A stretch of 64,000 bases of DNA from contig JBBRNJ010000002.1 of NCBI GenBank assembly GCA_038230375.1, forward strand, positions 1-64,000, read 5' to 3'. Shown piece by piece: positions 61,325 to 64,000 of the stretch (position 1 is its first letter; every line of letters begins with the position of its first letter). The stretch comes from Polyangiales bacterium (GTDB taxonomy: Bacteria > Myxococcota_A > Polyangia > Polyangiales > Polyangiaceae). The position numbers and the translations under genes are program-made. Below the pieces are notes generated by a model. It was not told the origin of the DNA and ran no database searches. It saw only the letters and a program-made list of their open reading frames with translations.

Positions 61325-62626
61325 GTGGACGTGGTCGCCATCGACGTTCGACCGGACAAGCTCGGCCCATACCGTGTTCGCGGAAAGATCGGCGAAGGCG
61401 GCATGGCCACGGTCTACGTCGGCGTCTCGGAGGACGGAGCGCAGGTCGCCCTCAAGGTGATCAAGTCGGAGTACGCGCACAACAAAGAGTTCCTCACCAT
61501 GTTTCTGGATGAGGGAAAGCTCGCCTCGCGGCTCTTCCATCCGAACATCTTGCGGATCCTCCAGCTGGGGGCCGAGGACGGCCGCCTCTACATGGCGATG
61601 GAGCTCCTGCGAGGGCAGTCGCTCTACGCGCTCTGGGACGCCACGCGGAAGCAGGGGATCGCGATCGCGCCGGACGTCATCGCGTACCTCGGCGCGGAGG
61701 TATGCGCCGCGCTGCACCACGCGCATGACGCCACCGACGAGGCAGGCAAGCCGCTGCAGATCGTCCATCGCGACGTGAACCCGAGCAACGTGCTGGTGTC
61801 GTACGCGGGAGAGGTGAAGGTCATCGATTTCGGACTTGCGAAGGCGGTCAATCGCGCTTCCCATACGGCCGCCGGAATCGTCAAAGGCAAGATTGCCTAT
61901 CTGACTCCCGAGCAGGTCTCCGGCAAACCGCTCGACCGTCGCGCGGACCTCTTCTCGCTCGGAACGACGCTGTGGGAGGTCTCGCTGAATCGGCGGCTTT
62001 TCAAGGGCGAAACGAAGATTGAGACCATCCACAAGATCCACAAGGCGGAGGTGCCCGACCCGCTGACGTTCGACCCAGGATATCCCGTCTTGCTGTGGAG
62101 CGTGCTGCGGCGCTGCCTCATGCGACTACCGGCTGAGCGGTTCGAGACGGCCCAGCAATGCGAAGTGGCGTTTCGTGAGTTCATCGCGTCCGCCGCCCCG
62201 AAGAAGGACATGAAAGCCGAGGTCGCGGCGCTGATGTTGCGCGCGTTCGGCGAGGACAAGGCGAAGCAGGAGGCATGGCTCGAGACGGCCGCCGACGCAT
62301 CGGCAAAGCCGCTCCCCACGCTCCGCCCCACGACGCCGGTGCAGACGTCGAGCGACTCCTCCGGCAGCGCGCTCTCGCCCAAGAGCGGCGATCTCACGAT
62401 CGAGACGCCTGCCAGCAACGCGCCGAGCGCACCGCCCCGGGCTGTCATGTCATCCATGCCACCGCCGCTGCCGACCTCCACCAGACCACCGCCCGGATCT
62501 GCCAGGCCTGGCGGTCCCGCGCGCACGACCCAGAACTCCTGGTTGGTCCCGCTCGGGATTGTCCTGCTGTTCCTCGTGGTGCTTGCTGCAGGAGCCTTCT
62601 TTATCCAGAGACGGGCTACCCCATAG
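61325..62626 (+). CDS. Hanks-type Ser/Thr protein kinase with a C-terminal TM anchor
   Basis: IGEGGMATVY, VALK, HRDVNPSN, DFG, YLTPEQ. Confidence 0.95.
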   Translation: MDVVAIDVRPDKLGPYRVRGKIGEGGMATVYVGVSEDGAQVALKVIKSEYAHNKEFLTMFLDEGKLASRLFHPNILRILQLGAEDGRLYMAMELLRGQSLYALWDATRKQGIAIAPDVIAYLGAEVCAALHHAHDATDEAGKPLQIVHRDVNPSNVLVSYAGEVKVIDFGLAKAVNRASHTAAGIVKGKIAYLTPEQVSGKPLDRRADLFSLGTTLWEVSLNRRLFKGETKIETIHKIHKAEVPDPLTFDPGYPVLLWSVLRRCLMRLPAERFETAQQCEVAFREFIASAAPKKDMKAEVAALMLRAFGEDKAKQEAWLETAADASAKPLPTLRPTTPVQTSSDSSGSALSPKSGDLTIETPASNAPSAPPRAVMSSMPPPLPTSTRPPPGSARPGGPARTTQNSWLVPLGIVLLFLVVLAAGAFFIQRRATP

Positions 62627-62685
62627 CCATTACGGACTTGCAACCCGGACAGAAGGCTGGAATAAGGTCTTCATCTCGGCGGCGC

Positions 62686-62769
62686 GCCGAAGTGGCGGAA
62701 TGGCAGACGCAGCGGATTCAAAATCCGCCGAGGTAACCCCTCGTGTGGGTTCAAGTCCCACCTTCGGTA
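62686..62769 (+). tRNA. tRNA-Leu(CAA), CCA not encoded
   Basis: Acceptor GCCGAAG/CTTCGGT, D-loop GGAATGGCAGA, anticodon arm GCGGA-TTCAAAA-TCCGC, long variable arm, T-arm GTGGG-TTCAAGT-CCCAC. Confidence 0.95.
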
Positions 62770-62805
62770 CTTGGAAGTTCGAATCATCAAGAGGCGTGAA
62801 ATCAA

Positions 62806-63246
62806 ATGAGCAATCTGAAGACAACCATTGAATCGCTCGCTACGGACTTTGCCCACAAGCTCATCGCCGCGATCAAGGCGTCGTCGCTGCAGGAGATCCT
62901 GAACGAGACCGGCGGCGCGATCCGTGGCGGAGCACGTCGCGGTCGTCCTCCGGCTTCAGCGAGCCCGGCCGCCGCAGCACCGGCGGCAAAGGCAGCAGCA
63001 AAGGCAACTCCGCGCGGTCGCAAGGGTGGTCGCCTCGCGCGCCGCTCGCCTGCGGCGCTCGCAAAAGCGATGGACCAGATCATCGGCCTGCTCGGGAAGC
63101 ACCCCAAGGGCCTGCGCTCGGAGGAGATCCGCGCGAAGCTCGGTCTCTCGAAGCAAGAAGTCCCGCGCCCGCTCGCCGACGCACTCGCCGCGAAGCTCAT
63201 CACCAAAAAAGGTGAGAAGCGAGCCACAACCTACTTCAAGAAGTAG
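62806..63246 (+). CDS. Basic histone-like DNA-binding protein with a C-terminal winged-helix-like domain
   Basis: RRGRPP AT-hook-like motif, Ala/Lys linker, GLRSEEIR..LG...ITKKGEKRATTYF. Confidence 0.75.
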   Translation: MSNLKTTIESLATDFAHKLIAAIKASSLQEILNETGGAIRGGARRGRPPASASPAAAAPAAKAAAKATPRGRKGGRLARRSPAALAKAMDQIIGLLGKHPKGLRSEEIRAKLGLSKQEVPRPLADALAAKLITKKGEKRATTYFKK

Positions 63247-63251
63247 GCTAA

Positions 63252-63321
63252 CACTACTGCGGGATGTCGCCGTCCCAGGCGCGAATCTACGCATGCGTCA
63301 CGGCGACATCCCGCAGTGGTG
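63252..63321. terminator. 22-bp inverted repeat between convergent genes (possible bidirectional terminator or REP-like element)
   Basis: CACTACTGCGGGATGTCGCCGT ... ACGGCGACATCCCGCAGTGGTG, one mismatch (G-U on + RNA), 26-nt loop. Confidence 0.65.
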
Positions 63322-63999
63322 CTAACGCCCTAGCTTCATCATTCGGTCGCGCGCGGCTTTGGCGGTGACGCTGGTCTTGGCGTTGCCCCATCGCTCCACC
63401 ACGAGTCCGTAGGCGTCACGTGCCTTCGGGACGTCGTGCTTGGCCTCGTACGCCATGCCCAGATAGTAGTGCGCGCGGATCCAGGCCTGCGGCTCCGTCA
63501 GCTCGGTGCATGCGCGCGTCATGTGTAGGAGCCGCGAGATTGCCTCGTCGCTCCTGCCTGCGAGCGCAAGCACGCGTCCGATGGTGAAGTTGAGTCGGGT
63601 GGGGGACTGCTCCTCGGGGATCATCTGGCCGAAGGACGACACGAGCGCAAGCGCCTCCTTCGCCTCGTCCTCTGTCTCGGCGGCCTGCGCCCATGCCTTC
63701 ACCCACAGCCACGGCATGCGCGCGGTCTGGGTCGCGACCTCCGTGCCGCGAAGCGTGTCGAGCTCCTTCTGGATCCACGCGCGGCGAAACGCATCGAACT
63801 TCGCGCGGTCGATCGACCTTGCACGATACATCGGCTCGTAGAAGTCGATGTCGGGGTCCATGTCGAGTGGCGCCTTCGGATACGCGTCCATGCGCGCCAC
63901 GAAGCTCTTCGAGAGCTCTGCGGCCGCCGCATCGTCGCCGATCTCGAGCGCGATGAGCGCGCGGCGTACGACCCACGACGCCCGTGTGAGCCTGTTCGC
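63322..63999 (-). CDS. TPR-containing protein, C-terminal part (5'-partial)
   Basis: Frame open to the window edge; GRVLALAGR..EA and AHYYLGMAYE TPR motifs. Confidence 0.75.
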   Translation of the reverse strand, partial: ANRLTRASWVVRRALIALEIGDDAAAAELSKSFVARMDAYPKAPLDMDPDIDFYEPMYRARSIDRAKFDAFRRAWIQKELDTLRGTEVATQTARMPWLWVKAWAQAAETEDEAKEALALVSSFGQMIPEEQSPTRLNFTIGRVLALAGRSDEAISRLLHMTRACTELTEPQAWIRAHYYLGMAYEAKHDVPKARDAYGLVVERWGNAKTSVTAKAARDRMMKLGR

Positions 64000-64000
64000 G

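Noticed and set aside
62770..64000. Genomic island integrated at tRNA-Leu
   Set aside because: No integrase, att duplication or clear composition shift within the window; cannot be excluded beyond the edge.

Overview
A GC-rich window of core chromosome. Gene content (MglC, PilZ-like and FHA proteins, Ser/Thr kinases, myxobacterial-type GspN, Myxococcus-like LexA boxes) points to Myxococcota, probably a Polyangiales-like organism; this is an inference. It holds the 3' half of a type II secretion operon (gspI-N), a PilZ-like/kinase/PEGA operon, purD, lon, hom, pyrB-murI, tolQRAB without pal, mglC-aroQ-accB-accC, hisF, recN, map, two FHA paralogs, a DciA-like gene, queD, a ppx-lipoprotein-DUF4159-vWA/GATase-HEAT operon, tRNA-Leu(CAA) and many lipoproteins. 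I saw no integrase, transposase or CRISPR array. The best candidate for a new system is a PlpX/splicease-like radical SAM-SPASM gene (36490-37723, with a 1-bp frameshift near its 3' end). It lies head-to-head, 20 bp apart, with a small Zn-ribbon/lipobox protein carrying C-Y-G-P-P-P, a plausible substrate for tyramine excision at the lipidated Cys. Also notable: four apparent pseudo-enzymes within about 11 kb (aconitase, His kinase, kinase fragment, Fic), tandem LexA-like boxes at recN, a six-repeat lipoprotein that may close into a ring, and several short tandem expansions, two of which duplicate stop codons. All family calls come from motif recognition, not database searches.
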